Shown here: positions 16,388-25,345 of the stretch, piece by piece | How the letters are laid out: each line of letters opens with the position of its first letter | Numbering within the stretch: position 1 is the stretch's first letter | From: a virus | DNA: 37,438 bases | Direction: 5' to 3' (one strand) | Virus record (IMG/VR): IMGVR_UViG_3300045988_172593 | Span: 1-37,438 of that record | The notes under the pieces: model-generated | Databases searched by the model: none | Seen by the model: only the letters and a program-made list of their open reading frames with translations | What the model was told of the DNA's origin: nothing | Made by a program: the position numbers and the translations under genes

Positions 16388-17587
16388 CTATCGTCTCCTC
16401 TTCTCGAACGGGCTTACGTACTCCTCGCGGCCCCTCCACATCCTCAGCGTGGCCACGCCGTAGCGCAGCGCGTCCATGAGGTGGTCGTCCTCCTTGACCG
16501 GGGCGTCGCCGCCCTTGCGAGCGTCCCACACGTAGCCCGCGAACTCCTTCGCAAGCTCCGGCAGGCAGTCCGCGATCTCGACCGTCCCGGCCTGCATGCA
16601 CGCGGCGGTCTCGCGGATGCCGTCCTCGACGGCGTTGCGCGCCTTGCGCACCGTCAGCCCGGCGCGGCGCATGGCCGCGTGGAAGCTCGTCGCGCTGGGG
16701 TCGATTATGAAAGGGGTGTCACGCGGCAAATCGCCGAGGAACGCCACCATGTCCGCCACGTAGTCGGCGTCGGTCTTCTGGTGGCCGGTGTCTCGGCCCG
16801 AGTAGCGGTACTCCTTGACAACGTGCCACGAGCGGCCGTCGCACGCCCACAGCAGCGCCGCGAAGGCGTTCTGCGTGCCGTAGTCGCAAGAGACCGCGTA
16901 GCGCGTCGCGGCGCCGTCCCACATCGGCTCGAACGCATCGGCGTAGCAGGGATAGACCAGGCCCTCCGCCTGCGTCCACAGGCCCTTGATGTAGCGGTCG
17001 TAGTACACGCTGCCGGCGTAGTCGGCCTCAAGCTGCGCCACCACCTCGGGCAGCAGAGCGCCGTCCCAGATGGTGTAGTCCTGTCGGTATATGTCGGTCC
17101 CCTCGGAATCGAGGAAGGCCTTGAACCAGTGGTTCGGGCTGTCGGGGTTGCACGTGCCGTCGAAGTGGCTGTGGGGGCAGCGCAGGCGCGATTTGAGCAT
17201 CTGGAAGACCGGCTCGGCCCACGTGGTCACCTCGTCGCCGTACACCCACTCGAACGTCGCGCCCTGAATCTTCGAGACGCTGTTGGACTTGTCCGCGCCC
17301 AGGCAGTAGACCTTCCTGCCGAAGATGTTCGCGGTGTTGTCCATGCGGATGCTGCCGACGACCTCCTCCGAGTAGAGCGCGCGCATCGGCTCCAGGATGT
17401 TGCGCTCCAGGGTCGAGCGCGTGTTGCCGATCATGACCAGCAGGCCCTCGCCTTTGGCCGCCATGATGCGCTGCGGGATGGTCACCGCTATGTCCACGTA
17501 CGATTTGCCGCTGCCCGTCGCGCCGCACTTGACGTTCCAGCGGTGCGTGCAATTCTGCAGGTACTCCTGCTGCATCCTGGTCAGCAT
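16388..17587 (-). CDS. Terminase large subunit.
   Basis: 399 aa with Walker A KCGATGSGKSY and a nuclease-domain C-terminus. Confidence 0.85.
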   Translation of the reverse strand: MLTRMQQEYLQNCTHRWNVKCGATGSGKSYVDIAVTIPQRIMAAKGEGLLVMIGNTRSTLERNILEPMRALYSEEVVGSIRMDNTANIFGRKVYCLGADKSNSVSKIQGATFEWVYGDEVTTWAEPVFQMLKSRLRCPHSHFDGTCNPDSPNHWFKAFLDSEGTDIYRQDYTIWDGALLPEVVAQLEADYAGSVYYDRYIKGLWTQAEGLVYPCYADAFEPMWDGAATRYAVSCDYGTQNAFAALLWACDGRSWHVVKEYRYSGRDTGHQKTDADYVADMVAFLGDLPRDTPFIIDPSATSFHAAMRRAGLTVRKARNAVEDGIRETAACMQAGTVEIADCLPELAKEFAGYVWDARKGGDAPVKEDDHLMDALRYGVATLRMWRGREEYVSPFEKRRR

Positions 17588-17590
17588 GGG

Positions 17591-18073
17591 CTACTCGATC
17601 GCGCTCTGCACGCCGGAGACCAGCTCCTTGGCGGCGGCCAGGACGGTCGTGTCGGCGTCGTCGTGCCTCGGGCGGTCGCGCCACAGCTCGGGCTGGCGGT
17701 TCTTGAGCCAGTAGATCATGGCCGTGGTGTCCGGCGCCAGGGTCTCCTCCACCTTCTCGACGAGCGTGACCTTGCCCTTGTTCGGGTCCAGCACCTCGCG
17801 CTTGCGGACCGTGGTGCGCTTGGCCTTGCCGCACGCCTTCGCGTAGAGGCTCGTCACCACGGCCTCGTCCGCCTGGCTCTTGGATTCCTTGAGGGCGTGA
17901 CAGAATTCCGGGTGCGCCTTCTGCCACCGGTAGATGGTCCGCTCCGAGATTCCGAACGCCTCCGCTATCTCCGCAGATGAGCAGCCCCTCCGCGCAAGCG
18001 AGACGGCCCAGGGCACGTGCACCTCGGCGTTGTAACGGGTCGGCTGGCCCCTATGTTTTCCGTCAGTCGTCAT
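17591..18073 (-). CDS. Terminase small subunit.
   Basis: 160 aa with an HTH (SAEIAEAFGISERTIYRW), immediately upstream of TerL. Confidence 0.75.
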   Translation of the reverse strand: MTTDGKHRGQPTRYNAEVHVPWAVSLARRGCSSAEIAEAFGISERTIYRWQKAHPEFCHALKESKSQADEAVVTSLYAKACGKAKRTTVRKREVLDPNKGKVTLVEKVEETLAPDTTAMIYWLKNRQPELWRDRPRHDDADTTVLAAAKELVSGVQSAIE

Positions 18074-18100
18074 GACACTGATGATGCCCTACCGGTCACG

Positions 18101-18132
18101 GGCAAAGGAAAGGCCCCGCCGAAGCGGGGCCT
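18101..18132 (-). terminator. Rho-independent terminator-like hairpin between the radical-SAM gene and the late operon.
   Basis: GGCCCCGCCGAAGCGGGGCC hairpin with a T-rich tail on the minus strand. Confidence 0.45.
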
Positions 18133-18226
18133 GGGTTTCGCTAGCGGAAGCACCTCGACGGCTCCGCGCCCACAACCCGCACGACCGAGCCTTCCGGCGG
18201 GCGCCTGCGGGCGAGCAGCTCGCGCA

Positions 18227-19340
18227 TCACCTCATGAAGTCCATCATCGCGCGGCAGAACGGGGACTCCCGCAGCAGCGCGCCGTACCGCCCTGCGCACT
18301 GTGGGACCCCGGCGAGCACCGCCCCGGTGCCCTTTCGCCGCATCGCCTCGCGCGGCATCAGAAGGCACCCGCCGCGTCCGTCATAAGCTCGGCAAAGCTC
18401 CTCCGCGCTATAACATCGGCTATCCCGGCCTCCTGGTGGAGCGACTTGAAGCAGCCCGCCGTCCCCGGCCGCCGCATCAGCTCGGACGGACCCCCCCGAG
18501 CCATTGGCGATGCTCACGCAGTTGAAGCGGTTGCCCTCGAAGCCGGGCAGGTCGCCGCACCCGCAGCACGCCGTCGAATCGCCCAGGCTGCGCAGGCGGT
18601 TCTCCGCGCACCAGAACGCCAGGCCCAGCTCGCGGCAGCGCGAGCGTATGGCCAGGTAGTCGCGCTCAAGCTCCTCCTCGGGGTAGGCCCAGTCGCCGCC
18701 GACCTTCACCAGGCCCGGCTTGCGGCGCTTGAACTTCATGCCTTCGAGGGTGATGCCGTGGATGCCGGCGCGCTTCATCTCGGGCAGCGCCTCCATCAGC
18801 GAGGCCTTGCACTGCGGCAGGTACGGCTGCGCGCGGGCTATCACGCGCTTGACGCGCGGGGCGAGCCTGGCGGCCATCTCGATGCGCTCGGCGAACGTCG
18901 GCGCGCCGACCTCCAGCTTGTCGAGCAGCGGGCTGGTCATGCTTATCTGCACCACGGCGTCGCACTCGGAGAGCAGCGTCAGGTACGGCTCCTCCGCGAC
19001 GAGGCGGCCCTTGGTGCTGACGATGAAGGGGTGCTGCGTCTCCTTGAGGACATGGAGGACCTCAAGCGTGCAGCGGTGCTCGAGCTCCGCCGGCTGGAAC
19101 GGGTCGGAAAGCCCTCCCCAGTGCAGCGGGATGCGCCAGTCGCACCAGCTGGTGGTGGAGGTCCTGTTCCCCGCGGCGAAGCGCCTGACCTGCTCGGCGC
19201 AGTGCAGCGGCTTGACGTTGGAGATGTCGCGCTTCATCCGGGCGAAGCAGTAGCGGCAGTCGTGCGAGCAGCCTTCGTAGGTGTCGAGCCTGATGGGGTA
19301 CTCGCAGAGCACCACCTGGCTCCCGCAGTCTATCCCCATG
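18227..19340 (-). CDS. Radical SAM protein (SplB/COG1533-like).
   Basis: About 371 aa. A CxxxCxxC motif (CSHDCRYC) lies near the N-terminus. Confidence 0.6.
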
Positions 19341-19944
19341 CCTGGGCCGCCTTCACGATCATGGCTACGGCCTGCTCCTTGCCGACGTCGTCGAGCCAGG
19401 CCTTGACGGCCCTCTTGGTCTCGGCGGGGAAGGTGAACGTGATGTTGTAGAACTCGGCGTCCGCCTCCTCCTTGAGGGAGACGAAATCGTCTTCGAGCAG
19501 GTCTTGGATGGCGTCGAAGCCGTCCTCGAAGCCGAACTCGCACATGTCGATATCGGCCAGGGAGTCTATCTCGGAGTTGAGCTTGTCGAAGTCCCAGCCC
19601 GTGTTCATCGTGAGCTTGTTGTGCACCAGCGCGTAGAAGCGGCGCTGCTCGTCGCTCAGCCCGTCCAGGTGTATCACCGGCACGCTCTGCAACCCAAGCT
19701 CCAGCGCCGCCATGAGCCGCCCGTGGCCCTCCACGACCTCGCTCTTGCCTTCGGCGTTGGTCCACACCCCGATGGGGTCGCAGAAGCCCACCTGCCGCAT
19801 GCTGGCCTTTATCTGCTCCACCTGCTCGGCGGTGTGTTCCTTTGCGTTGCCCGCGTACTCCTGCAGGCGGCCGACCGGCTCCACCGTCACCGCCAGCGTC
19901 GGCACGAGCTCCTGAATCTCGGCCACGGTCATGCCCTTGCCCAT
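19330..19944 (-). CDS. ParB-like nuclease domain protein.
   Basis: 204 aa with a ParB N-terminal domain motif (GHGRLMAA). Strong RBS GAAAGGAGG before the ATG. Confidence 0.65.
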   Translation of the reverse strand: MGKGMTVAEIQELVPTLAVTVEPVGRLQEYAGNAKEHTAEQVEQIKASMRQVGFCDPIGVWTNAEGKSEVVEGHGRLMAALELGLQSVPVIHLDGLSDEQRRFYALVHNKLTMNTGWDFDKLNSEIDSLADIDMCEFGFEDGFDAIQDLLEDDFVSLKEEADAEFYNITFTFPAETKRAVKAWLDDVGKEQAVAMIVKAAQAWG

Positions 19945-20082
19945 GGTGCCTCCTTTCGTTGTGTCTCCATCATCCCAGGTCCGTCACGGCCCCATAAACG
20001 CCAAGCGGCCCCGGGCCGAGGCCCGAGACCGCTCAGAAGGAGGTGCGCCATGGGGAAGCGCCCTATAATCATCTCGCACGCG

Positions 20083-20346
20083 TCACAGGGCGCCGAACGC
20101 CCCCAGCGCGAGCCGCGCCGCCCACGCGCAGGCGGCCGCCATCAGCAGCACCGGGAACAGCACGACCATGACGCCGCACGCATACCCCAGGCCCCTCATG
20201 GCCTTGTCCCTCAGCCTGGCCGCCACGCACGCCGCGTCGCCTCCTCCGGCCGGCCGGTGCCTCAGCACGCACTCGCCTTCGCCATCGCGGCTCACCGTGC
20301 GGTAGTGCGCGCACTCCTCGCACCGCAGACCCTGTTCGCTGCTCAT
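20083..20346 (-). CDS. Small zinc-ribbon protein with a C-terminal transmembrane segment.
   Basis: MSSEQGLRCEECAHY... followed by a hydrophobic tail. Confidence 0.45.
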   Translation of the reverse strand: MSSEQGLRCEECAHYRTVSRDGEGECVLRHRPAGGGDAACVAARLRDKAMRGLGYACGVMVVLFPVLLMAAACAWAARLALGAFGAL

Positions 20347-20858
20347 TCGCTTTCTCCCTCCTTCCTTTTCACGTAATTGATTGCACAATTTATTGCATTG
20401 AGCAGGGAGTTCTTCCCCTTTTCCAGCAGCACTGACTCCTCGCTAGGCGGTCGCCAGGCGTCAGTGCGACAAGACCCGAAGAGGCGCAGCAAATTCAGCT
20501 CATCATCAAGAATGAAGCGCTTTTCATTCGTTTTGAACTCAACCGCGATTTCGAGCGGAAACGTCTTGCGCATAACCGATATCAGCCCTCGGGCCCTGAT
20601 TGCGGCAATTTCGGTATCCTCGATTTCGGATTTCAAAACAGTAAGATCGTCCGATGACGAGCCCTTGAAGAGTCTGTGCACGATATCGTATTGGCTCACA
20701 GCCGGAACATTGATTAGCTCGAAGTCTTCTCGCACGATACGCACGGAAGCGCTATCAGATACGACGGCTTCCTGCACGGAGTCGAGCTTGGCGCGCAGCA
20801 ACGCGTTATCGTTTTTCAACTTCTCGTATTCGTTGACGAACAACTCTTCAATCGTCAT
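20343..20858 (-). CDS. AT-rich moron-like hypothetical protein (N-terminal coiled coil).
   Basis: About 171 aa at roughly 48% GC against a 64% background. RBS GGAGGTGGTGG. ATGA overlap with the upstream gene. Confidence 0.6.
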   Translation of the reverse strand: MTIEELFVNEYEKLKNDNALLRAKLDSVQEAVVSDSASVRIVREDFELINVPAVSQYDIVHRLFKGSSSDDLTVLKSEIEDTEIAAIRARGLISVMRKTFPLEIAVEFKTNEKRFILDDELNLLRLFGSCRTDAWRPPSEESVLLEKGKNSLLNAINCAINYVKRKEGESE

Positions 20859-21079
20859 TTGTCCACCACCTCCGCTCCACAGTTCGGGCAATATCTCGCG
20901 TGATAATCGTCCGCGCTCTCCATGTACGCGATATCGACGTGCTCGCCGCATCTGCTGCATAGCAGCTCGTCGACCGGCTTCGTCGCGAGGTTTCGGCACG
21001 TCCCCGCATCAGGCACGTACTCGACCGCGCCGCCGCGTCCCTCGACCCTGATACGCTCCGGCGTGTAGCCGATGTGCAT
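20855..21079 (-). CDS. Small zinc-ribbon protein.
   Basis: CSRCGEH...CPNCG motifs. The start is uncertain. Confidence 0.45.
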   Translation of the reverse strand: MHIGYTPERIRVEGRGGAVEYVPDAGTCRNLATKPVDELLCSRCGEHVDIAYMESADDYHARYCPNCGAEVVDK

Positions 21080-21110
21080 GCCGTTGACCCAGTCCCATGA
21101 GTAGTTCGGC

Positions 21111-21278
21111 TTACCATGGCCTGTCAAGCTGCTCCACCTCCTCGCACCATCCTTTGCGTCCGTACACTTTGATATACCAAGGCGCGTTGTCGCTGATTTC
21201 TTCGAACGGGTCCTCCATCGCGTAATACTCATCGTCCGGGATATCGACCTCGTGGACCTCGGTGATTTTGAACCTCAT
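21111..21278 (-). CDS. Small hypothetical protein.
   Basis: MRFKITEVHEVDIPDDEYYAMEDPFEE... ATGA overlap with the upstream gene. Confidence 0.4.
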   Translation of the reverse strand: MRFKITEVHEVDIPDDEYYAMEDPFEEISDNAPWYIKVYGRKGWCEEVEQLDRPW

Positions 21279-21649
21279 TCGTCCACCTCCTCGCGCCACA
21301 CAAGCAATCGCCCGCATTTCGGGCAATGATTAGCAAGCACAACCTCGGAGAAGCATCCGGAAACCTCCACGGACACATCGAACCTAAAGCCGCAATGGCC
21401 GCACACGCTGGTGCCGTCGTTCTCGACAACGCCTTCGGAGGTCGGCACGTCGATAAACTCCGCCAGCTTGCGCACGCCATCCGCCTGATACCATGCGCCG
21501 TCATCGCTAACCAGGCCAAGCACACCCTCTACCTCCGCGCAGTCGCACAGCTCCTCGCCGTCCATCTCGCATGATTCGATGCCGCGCAGCTTTGTCGCGA
21601 CTTTACGGCGCTCATCGTCGCTGATCACAGTTCCCACTCCCTTCCGCAA
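21275..21649 (-). CDS. Zinc-ribbon protein, paralogue of 21625..21966.
   Basis: ISDDERRKVATKLRG... with CGHCG...CPKCG motifs. Confidence 0.55.
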   Translation of the reverse strand: MRKGVGTVISDDERRKVATKLRGIESCEMDGEELCDCAEVEGVLGLVSDDGAWYQADGVRKLAEFIDVPTSEGVVENDGTSVCGHCGFRFDVSVEVSGCFSEVVLANHCPKCGRLLVWREEVDE

Positions 21650-21966
21650 TTCCCGCAGCGGTGTGCAGGCATAAAGCCGATACGGTCAGCGAGCGCATCC
21701 TTGCGCGTAAAGGCACCGCAATGCGTGCATCGCCAGTAATCTCCGGCATCCTCGCGCTTCGCCATCGGCCTATCGATGAGGTCGGCGAGATAGTTCACAA
21801 TCGCATCCCACGTCTCGGTCGCTTTATCTTTTCGAGACCAGCAGATGTTCGTCCGGTACAGACCCAGCGTCTCGCTGAACATCAGCTGCATGCTCTTGCC
21901 GAGCTTGCGCTTGGTGCGCTCGCGCAGCTTCGCGGCAACCTCTCGGCGCTCCTCGTCGCTAATCAT
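21625..21966 (-). CDS. Zinc-ribbon protein, paralogue of 21275..21649.
   Basis: MISDEERREVAAKLRER... with CTHCG...CGNCG motifs. Confidence 0.55.
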   Translation of the reverse strand: MISDEERREVAAKLRERTKRKLGKSMQLMFSETLGLYRTNICWSRKDKATETWDAIVNYLADLIDRPMAKREDAGDYWRCTHCGAFTRKDALADRIGFMPAHRCGNCGREWEL

Positions 21967-22210
21967 CTGCGTCCTCCTCAATCGGCTCGAAGTCGCACCA
22001 GCGCGTGCCGCGCACGAGGCCGATTTCCGACCACCTGTACCTTCCACCCTCTAGCCTGTTGGCGTGCTCAAGGTATTTCTCGCACGTGCACCTGTCTTTC
22101 GAGAGCGCGATTCCGCACACGAAATGTTTGCATTTGTCGCACGTCGGCGTGGTAACCAGCCGCAGATACTTGATGGGGTGCTTCCAGGCTTTAATCGTCA
22201 TCGTCATCAA
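21959..22210 (-). CDS. Small Cys-rich hypothetical protein.
   Basis: 83 aa with CDKCKHFVC...CTCEKY. Confidence 0.45.
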   Translation of the reverse strand: MMTMTIKAWKHPIKYLRLVTTPTCDKCKHFVCGIALSKDRCTCEKYLEHANRLEGGRYRWSEIGLVRGTRWCDFEPIEEDADD

Positions 22211-22391
22211 CTCCCGGCTCGATCAAGTCCGCCAGCGCGTTGAACGTATCCTGCGGATTGGGAAAATCGACCTCGCCGGTCACCAGCTCATGCAACCGGC
22301 ACCACCACTCGGAGAGGTAGGCGCCGGAATGATACGCGGCATAGCGGCGCAGCTCGTCGGCGATATCACGCTTTTCTTCGTTGCTAGCCAT
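22191..22391 (-). CDS. Small acidic hypothetical protein.
   Basis: 66 aa. Confidence 0.4.
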   Translation of the reverse strand: MASNEEKRDIADELRRYAAYHSGAYLSEWWCRLHELVTGEVDFPNPQDTFNALADLIEPGVDDDDD

Positions 22392-22881
22392 CGAAACGCC
22401 CCCTCTCCTCGTTGCGCGTCCGGCACATGGCTACGTACGGAATGAAATCGGCAACGCCCATCCCCGCGATAAGGTTGCACGTGGCCTGGATTACGTCGGC
22501 GCATTCGGCCAGAACCAGCCACCTCGAAAGGGCGGGGCTCTCGCCGTCGTCGAACTGCTGCCACGCGCCGAACACCTCGGCGGCTTCCTCTAGGACCTTC
22601 AGCGCCTGGGCCTTGTCGGCCTTCACGCCTGGGAAGGTCGCGACCTCGCCGATGTTGACCGAGCCGCCTGCGCCGTCTCCGTGCTCGCTGCCGGTATCGG
22701 CTGCAACGCATACGCATCTGCGCACGAGGTCGCTGCGCATCTTCTCGTCACACGACCCGGGGCCTGCGAACATGCAACCGAGGCACCTGATACTATCGTC
22801 AGGTCCTGACCCGCAAGTGCGCGCGTAACCGCACGGGCCAAGCCATGCGTCCTCGATAATCTTCTCGAAGCTATCGCTCAC
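22384..22881 (-). CDS. Hypothetical protein with a possible MazG-like NTP-pyrophosphohydrolase C-terminal domain.
   Basis: 165 aa with EEAAEVFGAWQ...LAECADVIQATCNLI. Confidence 0.45.
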   Translation of the reverse strand: MSDSFEKIIEDAWLGPCGYARTCGSGPDDSIRCLGCMFAGPGSCDEKMRSDLVRRCVCVAADTGSEHGDGAGGSVNIGEVATFPGVKADKAQALKVLEEAAEVFGAWQQFDDGESPALSRWLVLAECADVIQATCNLIAGMGVADFIPYVAMCRTRNEERGRFDG

Positions 22882-23107
22882 AGTTGATCCTTTCCGCCAA
22901 CAGGCTCCCGCACATGGGGCAATAGTTAATCGGCAACGTCATCGCATAGCCTTCCGGCAGCTCCACGTTGATGCGAAACTCGGTGCCGACCAGCCTGCCC
23001 CCGCTAAAGCTGGCAAGGTTCTCAATGCTGATTTCCTCGACCTCGCATCCCGCGCCACAAGCCGCTCCCCTCATGTCGCGGTTGACCTCGCAGTATCTAC
23101 AGCTCAC
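22871..23107 (-). CDS. Small zinc-ribbon protein.
   Basis: 78 aa with CRYCE...CPMCG. Confidence 0.45.
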   Translation of the reverse strand: MSCRYCEVNRDMRGAACGAGCEVEEISIENLASFSGGRLVGTEFRINVELPEGYAMTLPINYCPMCGSLLAERINCER

Positions 23108-23373
23108 AGCCCCACCGCCTTACGGATTCGCTCGGCCCAATCGCCCGTGCCGTCAACGTCCGCTTCCTCGATCTCGGCGACGACCTCGCGAAGCGCCCCC
23201 GTGTCGGCGAACTTGAGCATCTTGAGCCACCTGCGCAAATCATCGGCGCAGTCGGGGCAAAGATGCTGCTTCTTTCCGAAGCGGTACACGCCGCGCGATG
23301 GCTTGCGGATGAAGCTCCTGCAGCTGGACGTCACCAGCTCGCCGCATCTGTCGCACCTATACATCCTCATGGC
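23104..23373 (-). CDS. Small zinc-ribbon protein.
   Basis: MRMYRCDRCGE...CPDC. Strong RBS AACGGAGGTTTTAGCC before the ATG at 23373. Confidence 0.55.
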   Translation of the reverse strand, partial: AMRMYRCDRCGELVTSSCRSFIRKPSRGVYRFGKKQHLCPDCADDLRRWLKMLKFADTGALREVVAEIEEADVDGTGDWAERIRKAVGL

Positions 23374-23699
23374 TAAAACCTCCGTTTGTTGAATCTCTGG
23401 TTGGCCGGGGGCGCTAACGCTTGATTCACGGTCTCGATAACCTTCGCGCCCCCGATGTTGCTTGGGTCTTACGCGGGCGGCTCGCTTGCCGTCACCGCCC
23501 GCTGCCCTGGTCGCAGGCCCGGCCCCTCCGCCATCCTGCATGCCCGCGTCCGGGCTCCCGGCGCACGCCTCCTTGGAGTCCGCGTGCGGCGCCGTTGAAT
23601 CCCTCTCGCGCCGTCTAAGGCCGCGTCGTGCTTCGCCCCCATGGTTTCCCGCCCTGCTCTGGTTCGGGCCTTGCAGGGGCATCTCGTAGCGTCTGAGCG

Positions 23700-24041
23700 C
23701 TATCCGAAGCTCACGCAGCGCTTGCCGATGCGCGTCCAGCCCATCTTCCGGGCCATCCTGAGCGTGTGCGGGCTGACGCGCTCGCGCCTCGCCGCCTCGG
23801 CTATCGATTCGTAGGCCGTGCCGTCCACGGTCACCGCCACGGCGCACGGAGGCACGCTGCCCGGCTCGAACGAGAGCGGCTTGTCGCGGCGCTTCCCGCG
23901 CCGGCCCTTCGGCCTCTCGGCCAGCGGCTCCCCCGTGGCAGGGTCGAAGTACCTGACGCGCACGGGGCCGGATTTCGCGCAGCTGCCGTTGTCGCAGAAC
24001 GCCCTGCCCCCGCCGTAGCGCAGGCTGCTGTGGTGCGTCAT
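23700..24041 (-). CDS. Putative DNA-binding protein (C-terminal HTH).
   Basis: 113 aa with ...ESIAEAARRERVSPHTLRMARKMGWTRIGK. ATGA overlap with the upstream gene. Confidence 0.5.
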   Translation of the reverse strand: MTHHSSLRYGGGRAFCDNGSCAKSGPVRVRYFDPATGEPLAERPKGRRGKRRDKPLSFEPGSVPPCAVAVTVDGTAYESIAEAARRERVSPHTLRMARKMGWTRIGKRCVSFG

Positions 24042-24238
24042 TCGTCGTCCTCCTCGTCTATCGAGATATCCACGCCGCCGCCGAACACGCAGTGCCCGAC
24101 CTCGCGGCAGTTCGTCCATACGGGCCTGCCGGCCCATCCGCACTCGGTCTTGGTGCCGTAGCGGCCCGTCTCGTGCGGGCAGCATCCCGGCTCGGGGTCG
24201 GCGAACAGCCCGAGCTGGCCGGGAAGCTCCGGCCTCAT
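24038..24238 (-). CDS. Small Cys-rich hypothetical protein.
   Basis: 66 aa. ATGA overlap with the HNH gene. Confidence 0.4.
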   Translation of the reverse strand: MRPELPGQLGLFADPEPGCCPHETGRYGTKTECGWAGRPVWTNCREVGHCVFGGGVDISIDEEDDE

Positions 24239-24540
24239 GGCCACACCACCGGCTCCCAGCCCGGCAGCGCCAGCGCCGCCTCGTGCTTGCACGGCGCGTC
24301 GGTGCGCAGCCACTCCCACCATCCCCGGCCGTCTGGCCGCAGGTGCAGGACGTGGGAGTGCAGCAGCCCGTGGCACCCGGCCGCGTTGCCGAAGCCGCAC
24401 ACCGTCACGGTCGGACCGTCCTTGCCGCCCTGGCTCCTCGGCACGATGTGGTGCCGGTTCGACGCCGGGCGGCCGCAGAACGGGCAGACGGCGGACTCGA
24501 TGCTCGGCAGGGCCATCATGGCCTCCTGGTAGCGGTTCAC
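24235..24540 (-). CDS. HNH endonuclease.
   Basis: CPFCG...HHIVPRSQGG...CGFGNAAGCH. Confidence 0.75.
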   Translation of the reverse strand: MNRYQEAMMALPSIESAVCPFCGRPASNRHHIVPRSQGGKDGPTVTVCGFGNAAGCHGLLHSHVLHLRPDGRGWWEWLRTDAPCKHEAALALPGWEPVVWP

Positions 24541-24686
24541 GGCCTCGCCCCTCCCTGGACGGGAGGCAGCTCCACGGACACGTAGCGGCCGTGGATGCCC
24601 GCCTCGCTGTCGGCCAGCTTCGGCGGCATGTGCACCACCCAGGCGTCGGCCTTCCAGGCCGCGTAGCGCAAATCGTCCGCCGTCAT
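24537..24686 (-). CDS. Small hypothetical protein.
   Basis: 49 aa with ATGA overlaps on both sides. Confidence 0.3.
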   Translation of the reverse strand: MTADDLRYAAWKADAWVVHMPPKLADSEAGIHGRYVSVELPPVQGGARP

Positions 24687-25345
24687 CGCGCCAGCCTCCT
24701 GTCCGCGCCGCCGATGCGCACCTGCCGGGCGTCCGCCAGGCGGCTGACGATGGACTTGGCCGTGGCCTCGTCCCCGCCCGCCGAGAGCTTGGCGAACAGG
24801 CTGGCGGAGTCGTCGTTGGTCGTGTAGACCGTCGGGCGCATCGCCTGGTAGCGGCCGTCGATGACGGCGTACATCATGGCCAGCGCGAACGGCGTGACGT
24901 TCTCCTTGCCCAGGTCGTCGACCACGAGCAGCGGAACGTTGCGCCACCGCGCCACGGCCTGCCGCTCGCTGCCCGGCCCGGAGTACGTGGCCTTGACCTC
25001 GGCCAGGATGCCCGTCATCGTTGCGAACTCGCCGCGCATGGAGCCTGCCAGCGCCATGAGCGCGGCGCACGCCTGGGTGGTCTTGCCGGTGCCGTTCGGC
25101 CCCTTGAGCATCAGGCTGTCGGTAGAGCCTGCGGCCACGTCGGCGGCCCAGCGGCGCACCGGCTCGCAGGCGTCGGCGATGCGCGCCTCCCGGTACCGGG
25201 CCGGGATTCCCGCCTGCCGGATTCGCCGCTCGGCGGCGTAGCGCCGCTCGGCGGCCTCGATCTCTCGGGCCTTCGCGTCGGCCTTGGCCCTCACCTCGGC
25301 CGAGGGAAGCTCAAAACGCGGAAGCATAGACGCCAGCGTCTGCAT
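24683..25345 (-). CDS. DnaC-like helicase loader (IstB-like AAA+ ATPase).
   Basis: Walker A GPNGTGKT and Walker B LLVVDDLG. Confidence 0.75.
   Translation of the reverse strand: MQTLASMLPRFELPSAEVRAKADAKAREIEAAERRYAAERRIRQAGIPARYREARIADACEPVRRWAADVAAGSTDSLMLKGPNGTGKTTQACAALMALAGSMRGEFATMTGILAEVKATYSGPGSERQAVARWRNVPLLVVDDLGKENVTPFALAMMYAVIDGRYQAMRPTVYTTNDDSASLFAKLSAGGDEATAKSIVSRLADARQVRIGGADRRLAR

Noticed and set aside
23104-23847. 247 aa extended version of the zinc-ribbon gene reading through the 23374..23699 gap.
   Set aside because: A strong SD/ATG occurs at 23373. The upstream extension is Gly/Arg-rich with no RBS at candidate starts. The shorter gene is preferred, and the gap is flagged separately as possibly non-coding.
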